A DNA stretch of 64,000 nt from the NCBI RefSeq assembly GCF_963921235.1, contig NC_086109.1, positions 37,512,001-37,576,000 on the forward strand. The letters run 5' to 3'. The position numbers and the translations under genes are program-made. Below, piece by piece: positions 63,498 through 64,000 of the stretch (position 1 is the stretch's first letter; every line of letters starts with the position of its first letter). Under the pieces are notes generated by a model. The model had not been told where the DNA came from. It did not search any database and was given only the letters and a program-made list of their open reading frames with translations. Origin of the DNA: Mobula hypostoma. Taxonomy: Eukaryota.

Positions 63498-64000
63498 CAG
63501 TACTGTGCAAAAATCTTAGGCACCCTGGATTTTTATATAAATTTTAGATATTTTTTGTCTTCTGCATTAGTGTGTCAGTAGAAAAGAACAAATTTTAGAT
63601 TTTCAAACACTCATTTTCCAAAAATTTAAATGTTACAGAGAAACGTTTGTATTTTATTGAAGAAAGTAACATATTCAATTATAGACCACTTATCAAAGGA
63701 AAAACTTGATTACCTCGTAGGTATATAGTCCAGTGCAAAATTAAACAAATTTAACAAATGGATGCTAATGATCAATGACATAATGAGCAGAATGAACTAA
63801 ACTGATTCACTGAAACAGAAACGGGTGTAGAGGGAATCAAACTGGGTGAAGGACAGCCAAACTAAAAGATAAAGGTTTGGCAGATGTGACAGCTTAACCT
63901 TATCAATTCTTGCGCCATGGGATGAGTGAGAATAGCAACAAAATACAAGGTGATCAACCTGCAGCAGCAAGGTCTCTCCCAAGCAAAAATTTCGTGGCAG
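63498..64000 (+). mobile_element. 5' end of a Tc1-like transposon (decayed), continuing beyond the window
   Basis: TA|CAGTACTGTGCAAAA terminus; ATG at 63917 reads MG*VRIATKYKVINLQQQGLSQAKIS, resembling a Tc1 N-terminal HTH. Confidence 0.7.

Overview
Vertebrate genomic DNA, most likely from a cartilaginous fish (inferred from the repeat set: CR1, Penelope/GIY-YIG, V-SINE, Rex1, HERO, Nimb/I). It contains two host genes arranged head-to-head. ARL8A coding exon 1 is on the minus strand (12904-13026) and its intron 1 runs off the left edge. UBE2T is on the plus strand, with non-coding exon 1 ending at 44086, five coding exons between 45107 and 63349, and the last exon beyond the right edge. Most of the remaining sequence is mobile DNA, often with readable target-site duplications (TSDs). 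This includes a young CR1 with intact ORF2, a four-level nest (CR1 > solo LTR > near-intact Nimb/I LINE > young CR1), an L1, Rex1 relics, several MITEs and SINEs, and a graded series of inverted Penelope-like insertions carrying minimal hammerhead motifs. The most striking signal is in a HERO-like restriction-endonuclease LINE in UBE2T intron 4. It is bracketed by ~350-bp direct repeats, and each repeat holds a hammerhead ribozyme core with its strands in a non-circularly permuted order. All calls were made by eye; no alignments, folding programs or database searches were run.
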